64,000 nucleotides of DNA from an uncultured bacterium. GTDB taxonomy: Bacteria > SAR324 > NAC60-12. The DNA lies in assembly GCA_965662235.1 (NCBI GenBank), contig CBFIGY010000002.1, forward strand, positions 203,311 to 267,310, read 5' to 3'. Under the pieces are notes generated by a model. That model made no database searches. It was not told the DNA's origin and saw only the letters and a list, made by a program, of their open reading frames with translations. Numbering within the stretch: position 1 is the stretch's first letter; every line of letters starts with the position of its first letter. The position numbers and the translations under genes were made by a program. This document shows, piece by piece, positions 17,205 to 27,365 of this stretch.

Positions 17205-20153
17205 ATGAGCAAAGGCCTGAGTCGAAGAAATCTATTTAAATACATGGGGGTTGCGGGCGCCACTGCAACTGCAGCTGGCTGTCAGCAGAAGCCGGAGAAG
17301 CTGATTCCCATGTTGGTCCCGCCGACCAACTTTGAGTATGCCCCCAGCGAGGCATACAACTACATGACCACCTGCCGCGAGTGCGACGCTGCCTGCGGGA
17401 TGATGGTCACGGTTCGGGAGCACCGGGCGCAAAAAGCCGAAGGGAATCCCAACCACCCCCTCAACCAAGGCGCTCTGTGTGCCCGAGGTCAAGCGTCCAT
17501 GCAGGCGCTCTACAATCCTGACCGGCTGGCGGCTCCGTCCAGCAAAGCCGGAGGCGCCATCACTTGGGAGCAGGGCCTGAAGGAACTGACTCAGCGGCTC
17601 AACACCGCCGGAGGACAGGTGGTGTACCTCGGACGTCCTGAAACCGGCACGGGCAAAGCCTTTGTCGCCGAGTGGCTGCAGGCCGTCGGTGGTGGGCGCA
17701 AGGTCACCTTTGACCTGCTCAGCCGCAACGCCCTGGTTGAAGCCAACCGCATCGCCTTTGGCAAGGCCATGGTCCCGGACTACGTCTTTGAAGAAGCGCA
17801 GATGCTGATCAACTTCAGCAGCGACTTCTTGGAGAGCTGGGGCAACCAGGTGGAGAACAGCCGCCGCTTCGTCAACATGCACGCCTACCAAAACGGTCAG
17901 CGTCGTGAGTTTGTCCAAGTAAGCCCGCAGGTTTCCCTGACCGCTTCCAAGGCCGACCGCTGGGTCCCGATCAATCCGGGAACCGAAGGCCTGATGGCCC
18001 TGTCCCTAGCCCACGTGGTCCGGAACCAGAAGGGCGGATACGCCTGGCTGGAGAGCTACTTGGACGCGTATGCGCCTGAAAAGGTGGCCAGCGCCATTGG
18101 GGTTGAAGCCGAAAAGATTACGGAACTCGCAGAAGCCTTCAGTGCTGACACCCCCAGCCTTGCGCTGGGAGGCGGCCCCGTTGCCGCAACAGAGGCTGCA
18201 GTGGAGATGCAGGTTGCCATCAACATCCTCAACGCAGTCGCAGGCAACCTCAACCGCACGGTAGTCTTCCCGCAGATGAGCCAGGAAGAGGACACCTCGC
18301 ATCAGCAGGTGGTGGACCTGATCAACGACCTGAACGCCGGTCGTGTGAAGGTTTTGGTCGTTGACGACTCCAACCCCCTCTACGCCCTGCCTCCGGAGCT
18401 GGGAATGGCAGCAGCGCTGCAGAAGGCGTATGTCGTCAGCCTCGCCTCCATGAAGAGCGAAACCACCAGCGCAGCCGACTTGGTGCTGCCTGCGCTGACC
18501 GCTTATGAGACCTGGGGAGACGCGGCCCCGCGTGCCGGAGTCCGGAGCCTTCAGCAGCCGGTGATGGCGCCTGTGAACACGTTTGACGCCAAGGCCCGTG
18601 AAGATGTGATGATCACGGTTGCTAAAGGAGTCCGCCGGAGTGCCTTTGACGGCATCACGACCTACAAGGATTACCTCCAGAAGGCCTGGATGCAGGTTCA
18701 GAACGAGACCGGACGTCCCGGACTCTTCGACAACTTCTGGGTTTCCGTCTTGGAAGACGGAGGGGTCTTTGGTTCCACGCCCACCACCACGGTGACGCTG
18801 TCGAACGCAGTGACGGGTGTTTCCGTGCCTGCTCCAACCCGCAACGAAGGCCTGACCCTACTGGTCTCGTCCTCTTTGCTGAAAGCTGACGGAAGCGGCG
18901 CCAACAAGCCCTGGCTGCAAGAGGTGCCAGATCCCATGTCTCAGATCGTTTGGGACTCCTGGCTGGAAATCCACCCGGACACTGCCAAGGAAATGGGCAT
19001 TGACGACCGAGACGTTGTGGAAGTGACCACGTCTCAGGGAACCCTGAGCCTGATGGCCTACTACTACTACGGCATCCACCGTCAAGCCGTGGCAATCCCC
19101 ATGGGACAGGGGCATGAAAGCTCCGGAGCCGCAGCAGATGGATTCGGGGTGAACGTCATGACGCTCCTCCCGGTCAAGCAGGATTCCTCTGGAAACCTGG
19201 TGTTCTCCGGAACCGCTGTAGAAGTGAAGGGCACCGGCAGCAAGGGTTACACTGTCAACATGGACGGCAACCCCCGTCAAGCGGGTCGAGACATCGCCGC
19301 AGCGGCTACTGTTGCAGAACTGGCTTCAGGAGACGCCGGACACGGCGCAGCCCACAAGCGTAAAACGGAGATGTATCCGGACCGTGCCGAGACGGCAGGC
19401 TACTACAAGCCTTACCGCTGGGGCATGACGATCGACCTCGACCGCTGCACCGGGTGCTCGGCCTGTGTTGTGGCCTGCTATGCCGACAACAACATCCCCG
19501 TTGTTGGAAAAGAGCGGGCGGCCGTCGGTCGGGAAATGTCCTGGATCCGCCTCGAGCGCTACTTCGAGGGCTACGGGGACGACTTCGAGACCCGGATTGT
19601 GCCGATGATGTGTCAGCAGTGCGGCAACGCCGGCTGCGAGCCCGTCTGCCCGGTCTATGCGACCTACCACAACCCGGAAGGCCTCAACGCCATGATCTAC
19701 AACCGGTGTGTGGGAACGCGTTACTGCTCCAACAACTGCGCCTACAAGGTCCGTCGCTTCAACTGGTTCAGCTATGAGTTCCCGGCTCCTCTGGATCAGC
19801 AGCTCAACTCGACCATGACCACCCGTGAGAAGGGGGTGATGGAAAAGTGCAACTTCTGTGTGCCTCGCCTGACTTACGCCAAGCGGCAAGCCAAGGCGCT
19901 GGGCCGAGACCTTCGGGACGGTGAGGTGATGACGGCGTGTCAACAGACCTGTCCGACCCAAGCCATTACTTTTGGGAACCTCTCAGACCCGAACAGTCGG
20001 GTTTCTCAGTTGGCCATGCGTGACGACATGGAGGAACGTGATCGTCAGTATGAAGTCTTCCCGGAACTCAACTTCAAACCCGCTGTTACTTATCTCAAGA
20101 AGGTGAATACCCGTGAGGTGAGTGGGCACTCGGACGGTGCTGAGCACGCCTGA
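17205..20153 (+). CDS. actB: Alternative complex III ActB (molybdopterin-oxidoreductase-like domain fused to a 4-cluster Fe-S domain)
   Basis: Tat lipoprotein signal SRRNLFK...AAGC; WLQEVPDPMSQIVWD; CTGCSACVVAC, CQQC...CEPVCP, CVGTRYCSNNC, CNFC...CQQTCP. Confidence 0.93.
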   Translation: MSKGLSRRNLFKYMGVAGATATAAGCQQKPEKLIPMLVPPTNFEYAPSEAYNYMTTCRECDAACGMMVTVREHRAQKAEGNPNHPLNQGALCARGQASMQALYNPDRLAAPSSKAGGAITWEQGLKELTQRLNTAGGQVVYLGRPETGTGKAFVAEWLQAVGGGRKVTFDLLSRNALVEANRIAFGKAMVPDYVFEEAQMLINFSSDFLESWGNQVENSRRFVNMHAYQNGQRREFVQVSPQVSLTASKADRWVPINPGTEGLMALSLAHVVRNQKGGYAWLESYLDAYAPEKVASAIGVEAEKITELAEAFSADTPSLALGGGPVAATEAAVEMQVAINILNAVAGNLNRTVVFPQMSQEEDTSHQQVVDLINDLNAGRVKVLVVDDSNPLYALPPELGMAAALQKAYVVSLASMKSETTSAADLVLPALTAYETWGDAAPRAGVRSLQQPVMAPVNTFDAKAREDVMITVAKGVRRSAFDGITTYKDYLQKAWMQVQNETGRPGLFDNFWVSVLEDGGVFGSTPTTTVTLSNAVTGVSVPAPTRNEGLTLLVSSSLLKADGSGANKPWLQEVPDPMSQIVWDSWLEIHPDTAKEMGIDDRDVVEVTTSQGTLSLMAYYYYGIHRQAVAIPMGQGHESSGAAADGFGVNVMTLLPVKQDSSGNLVFSGTAVEVKGTGSKGYTVNMDGNPRQAGRDIAAAATVAELASGDAGHGAAHKRKTEMYPDRAETAGYYKPYRWGMTIDLDRCTGCSACVVACYADNNIPVVGKERAAVGREMSWIRLERYFEGYGDDFETRIVPMMCQQCGNAGCEPVCPVYATYHNPEGLNAMIYNRCVGTRYCSNNCAYKVRRFNWFSYEFPAPLDQQLNSTMTTREKGVMEKCNFCVPRLTYAKRQAKALGRDLRDGEVMTACQQTCPTQAITFGNLSDPNSRVSQLAMRDDMEERDRQYEVFPELNFKPAVTYLKKVNTREVSGHSDGAEHA

Positions 20154-20180
20154 GCTTTTATCTAACACACGGAGAAATCC

Positions 20181-21644
20181 ATGCACGCAGCTGCGCTAAA
20201 CCAATACGACGCTGACGCAGGTCGCGTTGTCATTGACGAGCATCTCGGGCACCCCGGCATTGAAGCAACGACTCTGGACTACGGACAGATCAATGACGAC
20301 ATGCTGGCGATGCTGGAGAAGCCGCACCCCTCCTACTTCCTGCTCCTGCTCGGCTTCCTGACCGCGCTGGTGCTGGGGGTCATCAGCCTGGCCATTCAGG
20401 TTGATGTCGGAATTGGTTATTCCGGTATTAGCCACCCGATCATGTGGGGCTTCTACATCACCAACTTCGTCTTCTGGGTGGGTATCGGTCACGCAGGAAC
20501 TCTGATTTCGGCGGTGTTCTACCTCACTCGGGCGCCCTGGCGAACCGCCATCTACCGCAGTGCGGAAGCAATGACGGTGTTTGCGGTCATGACCGCCGGC
20601 CTCTTCCCGATCCTGCACACCGGACGGCCCTGGCTGGCTTACTGGCTGATCCCGTATCCCAACGAGCGGATGCTCTGGGTGAACTTCAAGTCGCCCCTCC
20701 TCTGGGACGTGTTCGCGGTCTCCACGTACATGACGGTCTCCATCATGTTCTTCATGCTGGGCCTGATTCCGGACATGGCGATTCTGCGAGACGAGGCGAT
20801 GCGACGGGGTCACAAGCTCAAGGCCCTGATCTACACGCCCATGGCCCTGGCGTGGCGTGGCACGAACCACCAGTGGATGCACTACATGCGCGGCTACCTG
20901 ATCTTTGCCGCCCTAGCCACCCCGCTGGTCTTTTCGGTCCACTCGATCGTTAGCTGGGACTTTGCCATGTCCTCGGTTCCGGGATGGCACACCACCATCT
21001 TTGCCCCCTACTTCGTGGCCGGCGCCATCTTCTCAGGGCTGGCGATGGTGATGACGGTGCTGATTCCGGTCCGGGTGGTGTTCGGTCTTGAGCAGTACAT
21101 CTCGACCCACGTGGTCAACAGCGTCTGCAAGGTGATCATCTTCACCTCCACGGTGGTGGGATACGCGTACGCGACCGAGTTCTTCATTGCTTGGTACAGC
21201 GGCAGCCCCTACGAGCGGGCGATCTTCTACTTCCGTCCGTTTGGTGACATGACCAGCTGGACCCTGACGGGAGACCACAACATCACCTTCCCGCAGATCG
21301 CGTTCTGGCTGATGGTCTTCTGCAACGTCATTGCTCCCATTCCGCTCTGGCGTAACAAGGTCCGGCACAACCTCCTTGCCGTCTGGATCATCTGTGGCCT
21401 CATCAACGTGGGCATGTGGTTCGAGCGCTTCAACATTGTCGGAAGCTCGCTCCAGCACGAGTACGACCCCGCCTCTTGGGGCGAGTACTGGCCGACCATC
21501 GTTGAGGTGGGCATTACGGTGGGAAGCTTCGGATTCTTCTTTACGCTGTTTACCCTCTTTGCCAAAACCCTTCCGCCGATGGCAATCATGGAGCTGAAGG
21601 AAGCGGCGAATCCTCCAATGAAACACTCTCCGAAGGAGCATTGA
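20181..21644 (+). CDS. actC: Alternative complex III ActC (NrfD/PsrC family quinol-binding subunit)
   Basis: WGFYITNFVFWVGIGHAGTLISA, RSAEAMT, SPLLWDVFAVSTY, GMWFERF. Confidence 0.95.
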   Translation: MHAAALNQYDADAGRVVIDEHLGHPGIEATTLDYGQINDDMLAMLEKPHPSYFLLLLGFLTALVLGVISLAIQVDVGIGYSGISHPIMWGFYITNFVFWVGIGHAGTLISAVFYLTRAPWRTAIYRSAEAMTVFAVMTAGLFPILHTGRPWLAYWLIPYPNERMLWVNFKSPLLWDVFAVSTYMTVSIMFFMLGLIPDMAILRDEAMRRGHKLKALIYTPMALAWRGTNHQWMHYMRGYLIFAALATPLVFSVHSIVSWDFAMSSVPGWHTTIFAPYFVAGAIFSGLAMVMTVLIPVRVVFGLEQYISTHVVNSVCKVIIFTSTVVGYAYATEFFIAWYSGSPYERAIFYFRPFGDMTSWTLTGDHNITFPQIAFWLMVFCNVIAPIPLWRNKVRHNLLAVWIICGLINVGMWFERFNIVGSSLQHEYDPASWGEYWPTIVEVGITVGSFGFFFTLFTLFAKTLPPMAIMELKEAANPPMKHSPKEH

Positions 21645-22165
21645 TGGCTAAGTTCACCGGCGTTTGGGCCTCGTTTGCCCACTTGGATGAGACGACGGAG
21701 ACCATTGAGGAGGTCCGGAATAAAGGCGTTCAGCCCACCGTTCTGTCCCCATGCCCGCGTCATGAAATTGACCATGCTCTGGGAGAACCTCAGAGCATTG
21801 TGCCCTGGATTGCCCTGGCCTTCGGGGCCCTGGGAACCCTCATCGGCTACAGCTTCCCAGCCTGGACCGCTTCTGACTGGGTCCTCCCGGTGAGTGGCAA
21901 GCCCATCTTGGCCATCCCCGCTTTCACGGTGATTGGCTTCGAGCTAACGATTCTGATGGCCGCGTTCCACACCCTAGCAGGACTGGCATTGCTGGCCGTC
22001 ATTGACACCATCCGTCACCCGATGCCGGCCGGAGTCAAGAAGTACCTGCGCTTCCAGCGGGACCGCTTCGGAGTCGTGGTCCGATGTGACGAGTCGCGCT
22101 TGGACGAGTTCATGGAAGTCATGAAAAAGAATGGAGCAGAGGAGGTTCATGTCGAACGCACTTAA
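21644..22165 (+). CDS. actD: Alternative complex III ActD (DUF3341-like)
   Basis: Two TM helices, DWVLPVSGKP, FELTIL. Lies between actC and actE. Confidence 0.88.
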   Translation: MAKFTGVWASFAHLDETTETIEEVRNKGVQPTVLSPCPRHEIDHALGEPQSIVPWIALAFGALGTLIGYSFPAWTASDWVLPVSGKPILAIPAFTVIGFELTILMAAFHTLAGLALLAVIDTIRHPMPAGVKKYLRFQRDRFGVVVRCDESRLDEFMEVMKKNGAEEVHVERT

Positions 22166-22829
22166 GCGAAACTGGAAACGGGCCCTGGCGGGCTGCTTCC
22201 TCTTGGGAGTGAGCGCCTCCATGCTGTCCGCTGTAGACCGGAACCCGTACTACGATCCTAAGGAAACCGGTTACAACATCACCAACGATGACCGCCCTTG
22301 GTTTGACGGAAAGGATTACCCGTATTACCGGGACATGTATGACGGCAAGAGCCTGAAGCCTCAGGAAGAAGGCTCCTACCAAGAGTTTGCTGAGGACTCG
22401 GTGCCCGTCAAGGTGGTGCTGGGGAAGATCAGCAAGGTCTATGACCCCTTCATCCCTGCTGTCGTCGGCGACGGTTCAGGGCCCGAAGGTCACCCACGTG
22501 AGTTCTACCCCAAGAACCCGACCCGTGCCACAACGGCCTCTCTGCAGCGTGGACAGGTGCTCTTCAACACCTACTGTGCGGCCTGTCATGGGCAGGACGG
22601 ACTGGCCAACACCGTCGCGGTACAAAAGGGCGTTCCGGCTCCTCCGATCGTGGCCATCTTCCAGATCCCCACGGCGCAATCGCACCTCTACAACAAGATC
22701 AAGTACGGAAGTTATTATCAGACCCCACGGGGCTTGATGCCAGCCTTTGGAGCACAGACGTCCGTTCAGGATCGCTGGGACATGGTGAACTACATGGTCA
22801 GCGACCAGTTCGGTAAGGAGATTCGATGA
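22149..22829 (+). CDS. actE: Alternative complex III monoheme cytochrome c ActE
   Basis: RGQVLFNTYCAACHG, distal Met in LMPAFG, DRWDMVNY. GGAGG RBS before ATG 22149. Confidence 0.88.
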   Translation: MSNALKRNWKRALAGCFLLGVSASMLSAVDRNPYYDPKETGYNITNDDRPWFDGKDYPYYRDMYDGKSLKPQEEGSYQEFAEDSVPVKVVLGKISKVYDPFIPAVVGDGSGPEGHPREFYPKNPTRATTASLQRGQVLFNTYCAACHGQDGLANTVAVQKGVPAPPIVAIFQIPTAQSHLYNKIKYGSYYQTPRGLMPAFGAQTSVQDRWDMVNYMVSDQFGKEIR

Positions 22830-24100
22830 AAGAGATTGCTGAAAAGTCCCTGTTTGAGATTCCAAAGGGAATCAAGACCCTACTCTGGGCGTTTGTGGCG
22901 TTAGGCATCGCAATGTTTGTCATCGGCCAGGTCGGTGACGAAGAGAGCGTGCTCCGGGCGTGGCAGACCTTCTTGATCAATGTCATGTTCTGGGGAGGCA
23001 TCGCCCAGGCCGGAGTCATCTTTGCCGTCATCTGGCAGATCACTGACGCCAAGTGGGGACGTCCCTTCAAGCGCCTTGCTGAGGCGTGTGCCGGGTTCCT
23101 GCCCATCTCGTTTGTGATGTTCCTCGTGGTCTTCTTCGGCGCCACGGTGCTGTACGAATGGTCGCACACCCCGTTTCTGCACCACGGACACCCGGTCAAG
23201 GCCGGTTGGCTGAACCTGCCCTTCTTCATCTCCCGCAACATCTTCTGGCTGTTGCTGATGTACGGCATTTCCTACTGGTTCGTGAAGACCTCCATCAAGC
23301 CGGACGTGGCCCTTGCCCGCAAACTGCTGGGCAGCAAGTGGGGCGGCGCCTTTGCTGACAAGATGCTGGACGGATACGGCAACCATGAAGACGAAGTCAT
23401 TCGCTTGGAGCAGCTGTCCCGACGGATTGCCCCGGCGCTGGCCATCATCTACGGCGTGGGCGGTTCATTCCTCGCTTGGGACTTTGTGATGACGCTCGAT
23501 CAAGAGTGGTTCAGCACCCTGTTTGGAGTCTTCTTCCTGATTGGAAACATGCACGCCTTCTTGGGCCTGATGCTGGCCATCTCGGTCACCGTCCGGAACA
23601 AGTTTGGCCTTGCGGACTACATCACGGTGAACCGTCTCCACGACTTGGCCAAGATGGCGTTTGCCTTCTCCCTGCTGTGGACCTACATGGGGTATTCGCA
23701 GTACCTGCCCATTTGGTATGCGAACCTCCCAGAAGAGACGCCCTACCTGATCGTTCGGACCATGGAGCAGCCGTGGCAGACGGTCTTCCTGGTCGTTCTT
23801 GCTTGGGTCTTCTTCTCCGTGTTCCTCGGCCTGCTGCCGAAGACGCTGTGCCGCAAGCCAGCGTATGTTCGGATAATGGGAATCTGGATTGCTGCAGGAC
23901 AGTGGCTGGCCATCTACCTGATGGTGGTGCCGTCCCTTCAGCATGAAGGACACTACCACGTGTACCTCGGACTGACGGAGTTGCTGATTACTCTCGGCTT
24001 CCTTGGAGCCTTCTTCCTGTCGTACCTGTCGTTCCTCGGGAAGCTGCCCATTTTGCCGATCTCCGACAAGCACCTCTGCAAGACCTGGCACGGCCACTAA
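22826..24100 (+). CDS. actF: Alternative complex III ActF (NrfD-like membrane subunit)
   Basis: Polytopic; WDFVMTLDQEWFSTLFG, HDLAK, WTYMGYSQYLPIWYANLPEE. Confidence 0.9.
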   Translation: MKEIAEKSLFEIPKGIKTLLWAFVALGIAMFVIGQVGDEESVLRAWQTFLINVMFWGGIAQAGVIFAVIWQITDAKWGRPFKRLAEACAGFLPISFVMFLVVFFGATVLYEWSHTPFLHHGHPVKAGWLNLPFFISRNIFWLLLMYGISYWFVKTSIKPDVALARKLLGSKWGGAFADKMLDGYGNHEDEVIRLEQLSRRIAPALAIIYGVGGSFLAWDFVMTLDQEWFSTLFGVFFLIGNMHAFLGLMLAISVTVRNKFGLADYITVNRLHDLAKMAFAFSLLWTYMGYSQYLPIWYANLPEETPYLIVRTMEQPWQTVFLVVLAWVFFSVFLGLLPKTLCRKPAYVRIMGIWIAAGQWLAIYLMVVPSLQHEGHYHVYLGLTELLITLGFLGAFFLSYLSFLGKLPILPISDKHLCKTWHGH

Positions 24101-24116
24101 GCCGCTCCTGGCCTTC

Positions 24117-24144
24117 ATCCGGAGCACCCCCCAGTGCTCCGGAT
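24117..24144 (+). terminator. Probable terminator of the act operon
   Basis: Perfect 11-bp stem ATCCGGAGCAC / GTGCTCCGGAT followed by a pyrimidine tract. Confidence 0.65.
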
Positions 24145-24162
24145 TCCTCTTCTTCTCCCCAC

Positions 24163-24885
24163 ATGTTCCGGAACACGTCCTGGCTTCTTACCGGAGCACT
24201 GATCCTCCTGAGCACCCTGCTCTCCCTGACAACGCCCCTCAGCGCACAGACCCTTCCTTGGGACGACCCTTACCTGGATCCGGAAGGAGCCAAGCCCCTT
24301 GGAGGACGCGCCGACAAGGACTCCGGACTTCTGCTCGGGTTCGGCTACGGACTGCACCCCATGTACGTGCCGGCGCCTCCTCTGGTCGTAGGGTGGTACC
24401 AGGACCCCGTTGTGTTTGGTGTGGAGAGCAGCGACACGGATCAGTTTCAGGTGCTCACCAAGGAACGTCTGGAAGCCTTCGGGACCTCGCGGTTCCGGAA
24501 CACCGCCCTCTTTGGAAAGTACTTCCTCGGCAGTTCCCTCCTTGCAATGGTGACCCTTGAGGAGCGGCGGATGGACCTTTGGGACCGGACCTTCAACCGC
24601 ATTCAGGGGAGCGCCAGCTTTGACCAGCACCTCAAGGCCACCGTCGCCACCGGAGGCCTCGGCTTCATGAGCTTCTCCAACTACTCGTTTTTTGGAGTTG
24701 ATGTGCTACGATACGCGGTGCCCCTCAGTGAGTCGGCAGAGGTGGTGGAGCACTATGAAACCTGGACCTTGATCAGCGGAACCCGCGAGGAACTCGACCA
24801 GAACATTGCCAAACGAAACGAAACCTGGCTGGACCTCCTTAAGGTCTCCTCCGGCTTTGTGATTTACTGGGGATTCTGGTTCTAA
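24163..24885 (+). CDS. Hypothetical exported protein, possible small outer-membrane beta-barrel
   Basis: Signal peptide; alternating amphipathic strands; C-terminus GFVIYWGFWF. Confidence 0.6.
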   Translation: MFRNTSWLLTGALILLSTLLSLTTPLSAQTLPWDDPYLDPEGAKPLGGRADKDSGLLLGFGYGLHPMYVPAPPLVVGWYQDPVVFGVESSDTDQFQVLTKERLEAFGTSRFRNTALFGKYFLGSSLLAMVTLEERRMDLWDRTFNRIQGSASFDQHLKATVATGGLGFMSFSNYSFFGVDVLRYAVPLSESAEVVEHYETWTLISGTREELDQNIAKRNETWLDLLKVSSGFVIYWGFWF

Positions 24886-24947
24886 GGACTGAGGAACGCC
24901 AGTCCCGGAAAGGCACCGGCGCTCTGAAAAGGAAGGCTGAAGGAGCT

Positions 24948-26141
24948 TTAGGTGGCCGCAGGAGCCAGCACTCGCGTGGAGCGCATGTACCAGACCATCA
25001 GCGCCGTCACGGCCACCAGCAGAGGCAACGCCAGCAGGTTCACCCACTGCCAGCCCAAGAGGTTCAGCAGCACCCCTGCCAGCAGTGACCCTGTTGCAGC
25101 AGAGGCAAAGACCATCAAGTCATTGGCTCCTTGGACAGCAGCCCGCTCTTCCGGTCGGTAGGTTTCCGTGAGCAAGGCGGTTCCGGCCACAAACATGAAG
25201 TTCCAGCCGACCCCCAGCAGCACCAAGGCGGTCCAGAAGTGCCACCAGCTCTGTCCGGTCAGGTTGATGGCCACACACAGGGCATTGAGGAGGATGCCGA
25301 TCAGGATGATCCGGAGGCTGCCAAAGCGTTGGATGAGGTTTCCCGTGAAAAACGAGGGGGCGTACATCCCGACCACGTGCCACTGAATGACCAACGCAGC
25401 ATCCGGAAAAGCGTGGTGGTGATGGGTCATGGCCAGGGGCGTCGCCGTCATCACCAGCGCCATCACCGCGTATCCGATGGCCGCGCTCACAACCGCAACA
25501 ATCAGCTTAGGTTGCCGAAAGATTTCCGGCAACGGACGCTGGGGCGCGTCCTCTCCAGGGGTCTGCATGGAAGGAAGCCGGAGCACGCTGAGGATGAGGG
25601 CAATGACCGCGTAGAGGGTGATGATCGCCAAGTAGCTGCCGGCAAAGCGAGCCTCTGGAATCAGGTCCCGGGCGTAAGACGCAATGCCCGGACCCAGCAC
25701 GCCGGCGACAATCCCACCGGCCATCACCAGCGAAATGGCTCGGGACCGAAACTCAGGCTCAGCAACATCCACAGCAGCAAAGCGATAGAGCTGGCCAATG
25801 CCAAGCAGCAGGCCAATGCAGAAGATGGATGCGCAGAAGAGGACAAAGTTTTCGTGAATGATGGAAAAGGCAGCGGTCCCCGCCCCAAGGGTTCCCAGTA
25901 GGACCCCTAGCAGGAAGACCCCGCGACGTCCGTAACGACGCATCAGCAGCGACGCTGGCAACCCCGCAGACATCGTCCCCAAGAGGTTGAGAGACAGCGG
26001 AAGCGTTGCCAGAGCCTTGTTCTCCGCCAGCGTGTTGCCGACCAAAGAAGCAGCGGCCACATTGAGGCTTGCCGAGGTGGCAGAGAACGCAAAACAGACA
26101 CCCAGCAGAGAAACCTGGGTGCGTGAAGAAAGTGTGAACAT
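24948..26141 (-). CDS. MFS transporter
   Basis: About 12 TM helices; MRRYGRR, YRFAAVD, IQWHVVGMYAPSFFTG. Confidence 0.88.
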   Translation of the reverse strand: MFTLSSRTQVSLLGVCFAFSATSASLNVAAASLVGNTLAENKALATLPLSLNLLGTMSAGLPASLLMRRYGRRGVFLLGVLLGTLGAGTAAFSIIHENFVLFCASIFCIGLLLGIGQLYRFAAVDVAEPEFRSRAISLVMAGGIVAGVLGPGIASYARDLIPEARFAGSYLAIITLYAVIALILSVLRLPSMQTPGEDAPQRPLPEIFRQPKLIVAVVSAAIGYAVMALVMTATPLAMTHHHHAFPDAALVIQWHVVGMYAPSFFTGNLIQRFGSLRIILIGILLNALCVAINLTGQSWWHFWTALVLLGVGWNFMFVAGTALLTETYRPEERAAVQGANDLMVFASAATGSLLAGVLLNLLGWQWVNLLALPLLVAVTALMVWYMRSTRVLAPAAT

Positions 26142-26228
26142 ACCCGTAAACTCCAAACATCAGTGATCAAGCTGCTCAAGCATAGCGATGCCTTTTAACG
26201 AAACCAAGCCCTATTCCCGGACTCGCCC

Positions 26229-27365
26229 ATGAATTGGAGTGACTACTGGACCTTCTACCACGCCTCCGTGGTGCTCTTCTTTCTGGCTGTGCTGTTTCTG
26301 CTGATCCGCTGGATCTTCTTCCGCCGGCGTTCGGGCTCCAAGGAGCCTCGCCTGCGCTTCAAGCACTGGAACCGGCAGTTTGCCCAGAGCGAGGAACAGC
26401 TTCAGGACCTCCTGGAAGCCTTCCCCGCCCTTCCCAAGGAGGCTGCGAAGCTCATCCGGAAGCGACGGAAGCAGGACCAGAAGGCTGAAAAGCAGGACCA
26501 GCAGTCGCAGCAGGCTGAGCAGACCGCCGCCATTCAGAAGGCTCTGGATGCCGGGCTGTCGAGTAAGGAGGTGCTCCAGCAGAACTCCAACCGCATCTAT
26601 GTGCTGGACTTCAAAGGCAACGTCATGGCCAGTGAGGTGGAGCAGCTGCGTGACGAGATCACCTTCCTCATTCAGGTCGCCACGCCTTCGGACGAGATTG
26701 TCCTGCGCCTCAACAGTCCCGGAGGAGCCGTGGCGCAGTATGGGCTCGCCAGCTCTCAAGTGGCACGGCTCCGGCAGGCTGGGCTGAAGTGCGTGGTCTG
26801 CGTGGACGTTGTTGCTGCCAGCGGGGGCTACATGATGGCTGCCGCAGCGGACCGCATCATCGCAGCCCCGTTTGCCTTCATCGGCTCCATCGGGGTGGTT
26901 GCCGGCATGCCCAACTTCCACCGGATTCTGCAGAAGAACGAAGTGGACTACCACCTCTTCACAGCCGGCAAGTACAAACGCACCGTCACCCCCTTCACCG
27001 AGGTCCGGGAGGAACACAAGGAGAAGCTGCAGGAAAACCTGGAGTCCATCCATGAAGCCTTCAAGAACCACATCCGGGAAACGCGACCCGAGTTGGCGCT
27101 GGACGAGGTCGCGACCGGTGAGGTCTGGCTGGGCTCTGAAGCCCTGGGCCTCAAGCTGATCGACGAGCTCTCCACCAGCGACGACTACCTGCTCCAGAAG
27201 GCGCAGGCCGGATGTGAGGTGATCGTCCTCTCAACGGAGGCTCCCGGGTCTCCCATGGAAAAAATCCTTCGCCGTACCGAGATGGTGCTAAGCCGGCTTT
27301 CCCCCTGGGGACAGCGTCCGGAAGCAACCTTCTGGGGCGGTTCCTCGTCTTCATCCCTCTCATGA
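26229..27365 (+). CDS. sohB: S49 family protease SohB
   Basis: N-terminal TM; VLDFKG, SPGG...YGLASSQ, VAASGGYMMA, TAGKYKRT, VATGEVW. Confidence 0.9.
   Translation: MNWSDYWTFYHASVVLFFLAVLFLLIRWIFFRRRSGSKEPRLRFKHWNRQFAQSEEQLQDLLEAFPALPKEAAKLIRKRRKQDQKAEKQDQQSQQAEQTAAIQKALDAGLSSKEVLQQNSNRIYVLDFKGNVMASEVEQLRDEITFLIQVATPSDEIVLRLNSPGGAVAQYGLASSQVARLRQAGLKCVVCVDVVAASGGYMMAAAADRIIAAPFAFIGSIGVVAGMPNFHRILQKNEVDYHLFTAGKYKRTVTPFTEVREEHKEKLQENLESIHEAFKNHIRETRPELALDEVATGEVWLGSEALGLKLIDELSTSDDYLLQKAQAGCEVIVLSTEAPGSPMEKILRRTEMVLSRLSPWGQRPEATFWGGSSSSSLS

Noticed and set aside
17205..20153. Catalytic molybdoenzyme (nitrate, formate or polysulfide reductase) as the call for the 982-aa ORF
   Set aside because: The fused Fe-S domain and the actA/C/D/E/F context identify it as ActB.
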